A stretch of 64,000 nt of DNA from Chrysomallon squamiferum (Eukaryota; Animalia; Mollusca), in contig CM022671.1 in the NCBI GenBank assembly GCA_012295275.1, positions 18,042,001-18,106,000 on the forward strand, in the 5' to 3' direction. The notes beneath the pieces were generated by a model, which saw only the letters and a program-made list of their open reading frames with translations, ran no database searches and was not told the DNA's origin. A program made the translations under genes and the position numbers. Below are positions 51,300 through 64,000 of this stretch, in pieces (the stretch's first letter is position 1; each line of letters opens with the position of its first letter).

Positions 51300-53164
51300 C
51301 ACACAGAGCTTTTTAATAAACATGCCGATGGCCTGGAGGAGAACATTTAATGCTTCAGCGGGTGTTCCTAGCGGGTTTGATCCCGCGGCCGTCAATCCTT
51401 AGAGCATCTTTCTAACACAAAGTTACATCCCGATTACTTTAATTCGATGGATTTTTTTAAATTTTGCTTTGTATGAAACTACTGAATATCTCGAGAAGTA
51501 GACAAAATAACTAGCTTGAAACTAATTACAGAAAGCAATTTAAATGGTGTGTGTTTTTTTTTTTTTTTTTTTTAAAATACTGTGGACTCGACTTCAATTA
51601 CTAATTCATCTTGTTACGAATAGACTGCAGCGTCTCCATACGAATATTACAATAATTCAGTTCTTGAATCACCAGGACAATCAAGTTTTTATTGTTATTC
51701 TCCCAGTAGAATTGCCTTCCATCCCATTACTTTAGACGACCGTCATTTTAATTCTTGAATTTTACAGTAAATTCATTTATTAAGAACGTTTTTCTTCTTC
51801 TTCTTTTTTATTCTTGATTTCCTTTTTTCTGTGTGCTACATTTTTCTTTTCTTCTTCTTCTTATTATTATTATTTTTTTTTTTCTAATGGTTTAAAAAAG
51901 AACAAGAATTTGGGTTAGGCAAAAGCATCTAAAGAAAAATTAATAGGGTAAAAAAAAAAAAAGATTTTCTTTTAATTACAACAAAAATGAGAAATAACCT
52001 TTCAGAGACGACTACTTGTGGATTCTCTTAGAATATGTTTTCAGCAAGCGATCGCGACGCCAGAAAAACTAGGTCCGTTTTGTTCTCATTATGTACAAAA
52101 CGTCTTCAAGAATTCAAACGCTGCTCGTGTGAAGCAAATAAGAGGAGTAAACGACCATCTATTCACGGCTAATATGCCTATCGATTGTCGCGGATGTCGT
52201 TAGACCGTGGGGGTAAAGCCGTCGGCTGCGCTTCGCCGTTTGTTTTGATGCTGTCGTCCACTCTGGCAGAATGAAAGCTTATAAACACTCCAGACGTCGT
52301 TCGAGTTATTAGAACGGCTTAGTGTTGCCAGGCACGTTTCTGAATTCTCTATAAGTAGATATCCGTTCCTTCTTTTTCTTCTTATTGTTTTTTTTTTCTT
52401 TTCTCTTTCTCTTCCGCGTTTTAGCCCGTACCGCTGTGTCCATGGTGGCGCTGGTGAACTGTCTACTTGTCCGTCATTCGAGGCTGGATTGAAAGCTCGC
52501 AGACAAATCGGGTAGGAGATGAAGTGAAATTAATTGACCAGTCTAGCAGACTAAACTGTTTGTAGTTTTGATTAATATTGGTAGTGATACACGAAGTAAA
52601 CCTATATTCATTTTATTGTCCAGACACTTGATTTTATTTCATGAAAAGCTTATTACATTTCCCGTTTCATATAAAAACAAAATTTATCATTACTTTTGTT
52701 ATTGCTCTGGTAATGAATTAGCCTATTAATAAATTATATGCTTTATTGTCTATTAATTGTTATCAGTGATTTGTAACAGATCAGACGATTTAAAAAAGGA
52801 TATTATTATTACTTATAACAGTAAATTTAATTTTGACAATGTACTTTTTAATGAACGTGATTCTGGTTACTGCAAGTACAATTATTACTGCGGCCATTCT
52901 TCTACGCCCAACACAGACACCACTGCTATTATTTGTTTTGTTTAAAAAAAAAAAAATATATATATATATATATCTTTATTTATTTATTCTTTTCTCTTTC
53001 TTTCATTTTTTTTTTTTTTTTTTTTTTTTTAACTGTTAGTTATAATTAGCATTATACGTAACAGAACAAGCTGCACTTTTAATGATTTTTATTATTGATT
53101 TTAGTTGTGTTGTTGTTAGTTATTAGTTGTGTGGTTGTTAGTATCTTTCTTCTTATTATAAATG

Positions 53165-53195
<31 letters not shown>

Positions 53196-53675
53196 AAAAT
53201 AAATATGAAATCAAATGTAATTATGCACGTTGTTAATATCCTTCCTTCTTATTATAAACGTAATTCTAAAATAAGCGAAAACGCAGTATATAAAGAAATA
53301 AGCTCCAATTAGTTACTATTATTATTGCTGCTGTTGCTGTTGTTGTTGTGCTTTTATTATTAATATTATTCAATTTTGTATTCTTAGAATATTAAATTAT
53401 AAAGCAAAAACTTAATATATTATGAAATAATCTCAAATTAGTTTTAAGCCATACTCTTTTTAGCTTCGGTTTGCCATTTGGGATTAAAGTATAATATCTA
53501 TGGGATATCATTTCGAAAATCGAGAATCAGAAAATTTGTTCGTTTAGACAGTTTCTGCATCAAGAATAAACGTCTTAAAAACAGGTCACATGATCTGACT
53601 AAGCATGTGGTTAATGATAATTGTCGAGAAATTCCGTCATCTTGCATTTTTGAATAAACAAAATGTCTGAGGTAT

Positions 53676-53721
<46 letters not shown>

Positions 53722-54132
53722 AATAAAATACACGTTCAAGCTTCTGTACTGTCACAGTTACAAGACAAAGTTGTAACGAAGTGATTTGTTTTAATATAAT
53801 CGACGAAATCTGATGAACAGAAGTAAACGAAAATAGCCAATCGGCTTTATTATAGTCAGATACAATTTAGCGCCAGACAATGTATGGCCCACGTAACGAA
53901 GTGAGAGCAACTGTTCGTTTGTTCTGTAAGAATGTTTCATTTTTGAAGTTATTCTCATGTATAGCTAGCTAGCTGTCTGGACACGTTTAGCTGTTTCAAA
54001 TATAAATCGCTGAAGAAGATAATTTTATTTCACTGCATGATTTTATTTTACCGCACGAGACACAAGCGGATAAATCCCAAACGCATCAAAATAACTTGAT
54101 GGGTGTTTAAGTCAGTACTCTTAATTTTATTA

Positions 54133-54172
<40 letters not shown>

Positions 54173-54727
54173 GTATTTTTCTCGTAATGTTCCCATGACT
54201 GAGAAAACAACGAAATCAACAAAATCGGCTTTCAGTGGAATGGATAAATTAACTTATATCCTCGAAAACGAAATGAATAAAAAAAATAAAAAAATAAATA
54301 AATAAATAAATTAGAAGAATAATAACAAACAGAAAGAACTCAGAAGAACAGTTATTCTGTAAAATTTTATTTTCAGTTCCCCGAGTATTTTGATGAAATG
54401 TTTAATCGTTGTCAATGAAAGATCCAGGGTGTTTTCTAAAAGTCAAGAAAATAATAATAATAATAATAATAATAGTAGTAGTAGGAGTAGCACTAATAGC
54501 AGTAGCAGTAGCAGTAGCAGTAGTAGTAGTAGTAGTAGTAGTAGTCGTTGTAGTAATATTCATGGTGATAATATAAATACAAAACGTAAATCAGTTTCTA
54601 CTAAAGAATATAAAATTAGTTTGTACATATACATATACACAAACAATAATAAATTGTAAGCACTATTATTAGTAATAATAAAAATTATAAAATTATAATA
54701 AAGAACAAAAACATTTTGCATTATTTA

Positions 54728-54769
<42 letters not shown>

Positions 54770-56852
54770 GTTCTCCAGAATTAAGTGTTGCAGAATCAAT
54801 TCCTCTCTATGAAAACTGGGCTACGTTTCATTCCAACTTAGGCTTCGTGACTGGCCCGTTTACACAGTTTTCTGTTGGTGCTTAATCGACAAGTACCCTC
54901 GGAAGTGTTTGCTGTCCAGTTACCACAGAACTAATGTTTGAAACCTAATAATCGCAGCCGTTAATACTATTAAAACGTATCAACAAAGATTCGTTGATTC
55001 CCGCGTTATTTAATTTTATTCTTAAAACCCAAAACGTTTCTGTGTAAATGTGTGCTAATTCTTTTTCTTTTTTTTCTCTTTTTTTCTCTCTTCAGTGTTT
55101 TTCAGATTTTAACGACTACTTTGTGACAATTTAATACGGGGGCCTAACGACTTCGTGTGCTATTTCAAGTAAATCAAATTACCATCTACTCTTTCCAAGG
55201 AACTGCAGACGCCACGAACACGCGGTGCATCTAATTGTGAGCGCTATTTGACGCCTGGGGGCAGAAACGTGGAATTTGTCTCCATTTTCATATCATCACT
55301 TGCCATTTGTGTTGACTTGAATTAAAGAGTAATACAACAAAAAAACAAATTCAAGGATTTTTTATTTTTTAATTTTTTATTTTTTTTCCGTTTAATTCTA
55401 CAATACAATTACTGTTATTACAGGTTGTTTATTTACTACTACTACTACTACTACTACTACAACTACTACTCAGCAGTGGAACTACATTTTGGGGCCCTGG
55501 TGCTGGAACTGTTATGGGTGCCCTTTTGAAGCAGCAAGAGTTCTTGGTAACCACTGTTATTTTCTTCAATGGGATTGTTTTATGACATATCACCAAAAAA
55601 GTTTTAAAAAATTTAGCCATGGCATCTCAGATTTGAACCAATGTGGACTAAGTTGCTTCTGGGACCTTTCCTGGAGTAGTGTCCCCTCAAGCTTAAGCTT
55701 TACTAGTTTCATAACAGATTCACCCCTGCTACTACTACTACTCTAATTCCTGCTGACACGACCACTACTACTATTACTACTACTAGTATGACAACTACAA
55801 CAGAAGCAGCTACTACCAACAACACTGCCATCATCATTGTATTATTAATGCTGCTCATCTGACTACCACAACTAAATTGTGATTTTTACTACAAATCCCA
55901 TACAACTTCACTTCTATTTTTCTCCTATTACTGCTGCTACCATTACTACTACTACTATTGCTACCTTCACTATTAACAAGAAAAGATTATGCAATACTAT
56001 GAAGTTATTTTCTGATAAGTAAACAGATTGAAAAAATGTCTCTTTTTTTTTTTTTTTTTTTTTAAATTATTATTATTACAGGAAGATACAGTACAAGAAA
56101 ACAAATATGTTTTTGAATGTAAGCCTGTTCAAACACAACTGAACATTTCATTGTTTGGAAAAGAAATCTACATAAGTAAACATTTACTAGCAAACAAAGC
56201 AAAACAAGATGTCTGTGTCTTAAAACCAGACCAAACATGCACACAAACTGATGTCTACTCAGAAGTTTCACAGGGTACACCAAGTCAAAGGTTACAAGTT
56301 TGGTTTGAAAAAATCCAGACCAACAATCCATCATCTTCTAATAAAGACCTGACACAGTAATAATTAATTTGCTGAAACTTGTGTCTATCGTGCTTTATAT
56401 ATTTATTATTCAAGACCAAGAGAATAATAATAAAAAAAAACCATTATGCAACTGCAGCACACTTGTTTTCAAGATCAGCTTCTCGAGATAATGGATTGAC
56501 TTGAAGGTTGTGAGATGATTAATCAATGTATTCTTTCACAAAAAAATGATGGATGAATAAGACGTTATCTCCCACTCAGTCATTTAATACAGAGAATATG
56601 TCTCTTGTATGGATAAATGAAAGTAATTCTTTTATCAATAAATGTATAAAAGTTTCAGCCAATGGCTGACCGACTCGATTCTGACTCTGGTGCTTGGATT
56701 TTGACTAAGAATTCTACAGTTAGAATAAGAATGTACTGGGTATGAGCAAGTTTTGATACATACAAACATTATGTGTATGGATATATAATAAATTCACACT
56801 GCATACCTATAAAAGTACATACTTACATTAGTAAACATTCATACATGCATTC

Positions 56853-56885
<33 letters not shown>

Positions 56886-57701
56886 CTGACATACATACAG
56901 ACATACACACATATAGTACATCCACAAATAGATTACATAGATTACATACACATTAAATATATGTTCTATTTTCCTTCATCTAAACAGTAAAAGATTTAAC
57001 ATTTTTTTTCTTTTTCTTTTGGTTCATTCCGTAGTCAGTTATAAAAAAAAAAAAAAAAAAAAATTTGAAACTCATTTGTTCAACTTCATTGATCTTAATG
57101 ACAACTGATTTCAATATTTGGCTGTCTGAAATGATAATTTTTAACACAGAGTCAAGGCACATCACAAAAAGGCCATGCAAAATTCTGCTCTTTTTTTGTA
57201 TTAGTCATTTAGCTGTTAAGGAAATCTAATAACAGATTTCTTTAGCTCTGAAAAACAAATTAAATCTTTTGACATTTGATATGACTCACCAAATCTACAG
57301 CTGACAGTGTAACAAAATAAATGGAATTGATGTTTTGTGAGAGATTTTTAGAAAAGCCTGAAGATATTTTGTAAGATGAAATGAAACTGGACTGCTTTAT
57401 GATAATAAAATACTACTACTACTAATAATAATAATATTAATAACCCATAAAAATAATATTAATATTTAATTAATAAAATAATAACAACATGAAAGTTAAT
57501 AATAATAATAAGAAGAATAATGAAATAAACCTGTAGTAAAAAAAAAACTTTCAATAAAAAGATATAATATGAAAAATGTGTTGAAACCATTATGAGGGTA
57601 AAAGGTCAAGGTATAAGCAAATACACAATTCTGTTGTAAGAACACATCATCAGAATATTTTAAAATTTAACACATTTCATGTCCTAACAATCCAGGTCAC
57701 A

Positions 57702-57740
<39 letters not shown>

Positions 57741-59209
57741 ATAATTAAGAAAACAATGTTATTATTTATTATTTATTTTTATTTTTATTTTTTTTTTTTG
57801 TCATCATCCTTTGTCTCTTCCTATTTCATTATAAGCAGACAAAATAACAGAAAATGTTTAATCTTCTTCATAATTCTGATATTTTTAACATCTCTGGCTT
57901 GGTCCTCTGAAGTCTTTAATTTATGGGACTACTCTTCTGTACTGGAGTCTGCAGGCTGAGTCAGTATTGATATCAATATCATACAGAAAATGCTCTTTTC
58001 TGCAATTATTAAATTTTATTTTTCATCTGTCTTGCACAAATTGTTTAGTAATCTGGTAATCTAAAAAAAAAAAAAAATAATAATAATAAAAAAAAAAAAA
58101 TAATAATAATAATAAATTAAAAATATATAAATAAATACATAAATAAATGAAAATAAATAATATAAATAAGTAAACAAATAATTGAAAATAAATAATATAA
58201 ATAAATAATAAATAAAAAAAAATAATAATCATTTCTGAAAGATATAATTTATCAAGTTCTCACATGAAATATTTAAACACTGGAAGAATACTGACAAAGG
58301 AAAATTATTCACTTTTTAAACTATAATATCAAGTTATAAAATGAACAGCAAAATAGAATTATTAAAAAAAACAAAAAAAAAACAAAAACAAACAAACATC
58401 CTAAATATAATAAATAACCACCACCAATAAAAAAAAAAATAATAATAATAATAAAAAAAAAAAAAAAAATAATAAAAAAAAAAAATAAAATAAATAAAAA
58501 TAACTGAAAAAACAACAACAAAGAGTTGCATTTCAAAGCCTTTTATATTTTGCATAATGGATTGTCAAACCACAGTGACAAAAACATCACTTATATTTGC
58601 TGTATGACAGTAAAATTGGACATGCCATTAATCCATGCCAGAGTAATGTAGTATAATTTTTAACTCTTTACAAATATTTGTTTTTTACTCTGAGCAAAAT
58701 TCCATTTTTAAAAACAAATTTTTAATTTTTTTTTTTCATTAAAATTGAACTAACAGTACAACTACAATGACAAAAACTGTTTTCAGATGAAATGTCTTTC
58801 TTTTTTTTTCCTGAATTATTTGTTTAATGTCTGCATTATGCTGGAGATAATAATGTTTAAAATATGACTTAGATAACAACTGTAAAAAATGATGATGATG
58901 AATACAATAATAATAATAATAATAATAAAATAATAATGTTTATTTTGTTTAAATTATTTCTAAATGTCCATTTTCAAGTTTTATCCCAAAATTCATAAGT
59001 AAGATTATTTTATCTCGTCTTGTCAGAAATGTTGGCATGTATATACAATCACTCAACATGGATTAGGAGATAGAAAGATAAAATAAGAGACAGATGTAGA
59101 TAGAAAGAGACACAGAGAGAGAGAGAGAGAGAGAGAGATGAATGAATGATGAGAAATGCATTTAGTTTTGTTACCTAAAGTGTTCATACAAACAACATTT
59201 ATTATTATA

Positions 59210-59600
59210 TGGAATAAATTTACCGTGGTATCAGGAATGTTGGCATGGAACTACTCAATGCTATTGTCAGAGGAGCCAAAATAATTTCCATTCTACTTTA
59301 CTGTAATATCAAAAATACAGGCATAAGGGTACTCTATTCTATGGGCAAAAGATAAATAAAAAAATAAAAAATGATTCCATTCTAATTTCACTGTGACATG
59401 CAGGATTCTGATATACAAACACTCAATCCTAGGGCAGAAAAAGCTTTTATTTTTATCCCATTCTAACTTTACTTCATGATATGGACAGAGAAGCAAAAAT
59501 TAATCCCCATTCTAACTTTACAGTGATGTGAAATTTTGACGTGCATATTTCAACACCATGGAGAAAAAAAGAGCAAAATTTATTACCATTTTAATTTTTC
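59210..59600 (+). repeat. Degenerate tandem repeat
   Basis: Recurrent CCATTCTAACTTTAC-like motif at irregular spacing. Confidence 0.55.
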
Positions 59601-60399
59601 TTCTACATCACAAATTTTGTTAATAAAAAAAAAAAAAAAAAAAAAAAAAAGTTATGGTGATTTTAATGTGTCAGAGTTGTGTTTGGCAGTGCAGTGATGT
59701 CTGTCAGAAGGAAAATGACACTATTTGCTTTTTGGCTGCCATAGGCGTCTCTTGGGTCAAAGCGTAATTTTTCATGTCTGGTTTTTACAGGGACGATATT
59801 AGTTTTTTACAGAGAATGTCTCCTCTGATGTATTGAGGTGAGATTGATGAAGATAATAACACAAGCAAAATGTGAAGATTATGTCATCTAAAGATCTGAG
59901 CCAAAAAAAAAAAAAGAAAAAAAAAAATGCTGAAAATTTGCAAATTCATACAATATTGGCATTCCTGTTGCAGTACAGATTATTGTTTTTTTTAGCTAGT
60001 TTTAGTTTGGCTGAAAGTATCATGCAATAATTTACATTACAGACTTCATATAGAACAATTTTTTCTGACATCTCATATTTAAACTGAGGATGTTTTAATA
60101 CCAGGACGACAGAAAAAGACAGAAACGTAACTGATGTCGTCGGAGTTCAGATAAATTCATCTTTGTGTGTCAAATTAAATTATGTCTGCGACTGCATTAA
60201 ACAATTTAGTCTTGGAAAATGGCATTAATTTGTACTGGAAGCTGTCTTTAGGGCAGAAATAACAGATGAATGTAAAGTGTGTAAATGGCCACTCTGTGGT
60301 TATCAGAATCATATTTATGTATCGTTTTACTTACACTTATCACAGTGACATGGCCACTCTTCAGAGTGTAAGCTAAAGATGCTGGAAATAAAGATCAAG

Positions 60400-60830
60400 T
60401 ATGTGGAGATCACTGCTTGAAGATGTTGTAAGAAGTGGATCAATTCTTGAAGCTGACTGAAGATGTTGTTTGAAATGGATCATAGGTTTGAAGATGTTGT
60501 AAGATGTTGCTTTAAGATGCTGAAGCAAACAGATCAGTGCTTAAAGAGGTCGAAACTTGACTAACTTGAAAATACTGAGTGGATCACTTGAAGATGTTGT
60601 AAGGAGGGGTAACTGCGATAAGATGTTCTAGATCAGTGCTTAAAGAGGTTTGTAAAGAAGTGGATCATAACTTGAAAATACTGACAAGTGGATCATTGCT
60701 TGAAGATGTAAGAAATGGATCACTGCTTGAAGATACTGATAAGTGGATCATTGATTGAAGATGAAAATAATGGATTGTTGTTTGAAGATACTGCATATGG
60801 ATCATTGTTTTAAGATGCCAGAAATGGGAT
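60400..60830 (+). repeat. Degenerate ~30-bp minisatellite
   Basis: Recurrent GGATCACTGCTTGAAGATGTTGTAAGAAGT. Confidence 0.85.
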
Positions 60831-62760
60831 ATTGTAATAATTAATATAAAATACTAACAAAACCATATATTTAAAAAAAAAAAAAAAAAAAAAAAAAGAA
60901 AAGTTATAAATTATAAACCCCCCAAAACCAACCCCCCTAAAAAAAAAAAAAAAAACAATAACAAAAATAAACATCTAAAAACATATTTTAATAAAATCAC
61001 AGACCCAAATTATCTCTAAACATATCACGGAAAAGTATTTCTAAAGACTTTGAAAACTTTTAAAAATACTTGAAATTTCAATCTCTGACCAATTTTAGGA
61101 CCCACCAACAAAAAGAAACTCACTCAAATGAAAGTAAAACTGTATACATCCCAGACATATTTGTATCATTTCTTCCAACCCATTTACCTTAAGTTAGTTT
61201 ACATGGAATAATTTATAAAATCTACACCTATACACTGTGTGGAAAATATAAATTGTATCACGGAAGCTGGTACCATTACCGTAATGGACACCATCCCAGC
61301 CGATAATGCAACATCTAATAAAGAAATGAAAGGACTGCATCTATTTCTGGCAGTCAATCCCACACTCATTAGCAACTTTCCTTTAATTTGGTATGATGTT
61401 GGTAAATCCTCCCAAAATTATATCTGTAATCATTGACTGAGGCTTTGATTTAGATATGGAACATCTTTCTTAACAAAGTTTTATTTTTTTATTTTGTTTA
61501 AAATAGAAAAAATAAAGGTACAGAATATGTTGACTTTGCAAAAATTAAAGAATGGTGTTCTTTTGGGGGTTTTTGGCATGGTTTTGTGATTATCGTTGTT
61601 GTTGTTTCTTTCTTTTATAGTGAAAGCTTTGACATTCTTTTATTCTTTTCATGTAATAAAAATACTAATAATACTAAAACTACTATTACTATTACTGCTA
61701 CCACCACCACCACCACCACCACTACTACTAAAAAAAAACAATAATAATTTAGTAACAATAGATGATATACAAACACAATAAACTGTTTATTGAAAGTAAA
61801 GATATATTAGAAATATACAACAAGATATAAATTAAGTGTCAGCAGATTCATACAAAAGTAATACTAAACTAAGTATATCTTCTATAGGCAGTGTCATTCA
61901 AACTGTAATAAAATTTGAAATTTAATAATGGATTTTATGAATTATTTCCCCAAATTTTATATCATTTTAGACATAGTTATATCACCAAACAGTCAAAATG
62001 TCAAACAACTTCCAGTGACTTCTCAAACTGCATGATAATGATAATGGATAACAGCGGAAGAGACAATAAAACTACTCATTTTATTTTTTAAATTTTTTTT
62101 TCTTCTTTCAACTATTTCTCCATGTTCGTATTACAGGCCCTCTCAATTGCCTGGATTCACAGCATCGCACAAATTTAATTTTCAAATATTGCCATGATTC
62201 TAATTTAGAAATTTGTTTTTTTTTGTTTTGTTTTTTTTATCCCCCAAAATGTACTGAGATCCATTATTCATAGCTACATTGAGAAACAGCATGACACTGC
62301 ATGCAGTTAATAATTTACTGCATGTGTTGGTGTGACGATGCTGCTAGGACACACACGTATAATAAAATGGGGTTTGTTCATTACCTCGTACACATATGAC
62401 AGTGTTTCTACGAAACTGCCTGCAGTTAACAACACACAGATTGCTGTTATTATGGCACGGCCTGCAGATAATAAAATATTTATTACAAAGAGGAGATTAC
62501 GCTATCCACGGTAAATAATTTATTTATTATTTAAAGGCAGTGATTTTTGTTTACAAATGTAACGTTTACTGTGCGTCTTGAGATAAACTATTTATGTCGT
62601 ACGGTTTCTGCGGTATTGCCTAAGAGAATAATGTCTGAATGGCATTTAGTGTTAGCTATAGAAAATACAAGATGATTAAATGTTTGTTATTGCCTGCAGA
62701 TAATATACATTTTGTTGTGCATTTCCAGCATACAGATAATAAATCATTTTTGTTTTTATG

Positions 62761-62811
<51 letters not shown>

Positions 62812-63219
62812 ATTCCACTTACATATTTAAATATTTAAATTATGCTTGCAGCAGACTGCAATACTGTAAAAGCCTAACTTTAAAAGTCTACAAATGAAAC
62901 AATAAAAAATAAAAATGAGTAACAATAGTAATAAATAAGTAAACAAACAAACAAACAAACAAACAAACAAACAAACAGACAGACAATGAAATAAAAATAA
63001 ATAAATAATATACAAAACAAAATTTAAAAATGATCAATGATCCATATTCATTCTTAAAAACAACCACACACAACCTAACAAAATTAAAAATAAAACATAT
63101 AAATCATTAAAAAAAAAAAAAAAAAAATTAATCCATTTTTACTATCTTCTAAATTCTGTACATGAAACATATTTACAGCTAACACTAATAACTCAACTGA
63201 CATATAAAAATATGCATGA

Positions 63220-63254
<35 letters not shown>

Positions 63255-64000
63255 GGAAAAAGAAAAGGCTATCCCATTAATTTGTCAGTGGCTGAAAAAC
63301 TTGTAACTGAATTGAAGAAGAATGCTGACCTCTGAGACCATTCATTTAACATACACAGTCTTATCTTGTACTGTATTGATCTCAGAGAGGACTGCCACTT
63401 TCCGAAACCCAGTGAGTGAATTTCCCAGCACTCCTGCGTATTGAGGAACTAATCATAACATTTCGAGGGTGAAATTTACTGCATACAAATTTGATTTGGC
63501 TTCATGCTGACTCTGTGTGGTATTCATCAAAGAATATTTTAAACATATTTGTTGTATATATATAAAAAAATTCATTCATAATGTATCAGTATTTTTTTTA
63601 TTTTTTATTTTTTTTTCTCTCTGAATTTGTAATTTGTTGGCGAATTCTAGATTGCTTCAATAATTTTTTTCCACTACAACTTTTGTATTTTTCATTTTCA
63701 TTTTAAAAATTTTTTTAGACATATTTATTGATATATGACTAATATAAGATATTTCAAACTTGTCAGATTCATTTTAGTGGTATATTTATCAATATAACAA
63801 GTAAAGGATATCTTCAAAACTGTCAAGTGTTATTTTGTTTCTAAAGTACAAATATATATATCAAATATGATATATTTTTAATTCTCTGCTTGAGTTGTCA
63901 AATAAATAAATAAATAAATAAACAAACAAACAAAAAGCAAATAAAAGTACAATTTTTTTTTTTTTGAAAAGCTGATAGCAGATTTTTTAAATTGTCAGTA

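Noticed and set aside
46785-63073. Many 60-110 aa ORFs rich in F, I, L, N or CV repeats
   Set aside because: Translations of microsatellites and poly-A/T runs, often with non-ATG starts.

Overview
AT-rich animal genomic DNA with spliceosomal introns and many microsatellites, probably a gastropod mollusc (inferred from a recalled Nin-type SINE). It is not prokaryotic. (1) Positions 68-20346 are a ~10.1-10.2 kb head-to-tail tandem duplication with a 7-bp TAAACTT microhomology at all three boundaries. Each unit carries three uninterrupted ORFs (A, B, C) that I do not recognise but that are clearly homologous to one another, giving six paralogs of an apparently uncharacterised basic, helical protein family with CRE and X-box-like motifs upstream. 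Each unit also carries the last three exons of ATP synthase gamma. (2) A complete 7-exon ATP5F1C gene (minus strand, 293 aa) has a second intact exon 5-7 cassette 10 kb downstream. (3) A 4-exon MADF-BESS gene lies head-to-head with it. (4) An 18-exon TBK1/IKK-epsilon-like kinase (713 aa) has NF-kB and ISRE motifs near its start and LINE/SINE relics in its introns. (5) A large CpG-rich first coding exon starting MGCRSSK is followed by ~19 kb of apparently intronic, repeat-rich sequence. Exon models were built by eye from GT-AG sites and frame continuity. No database searches were run.
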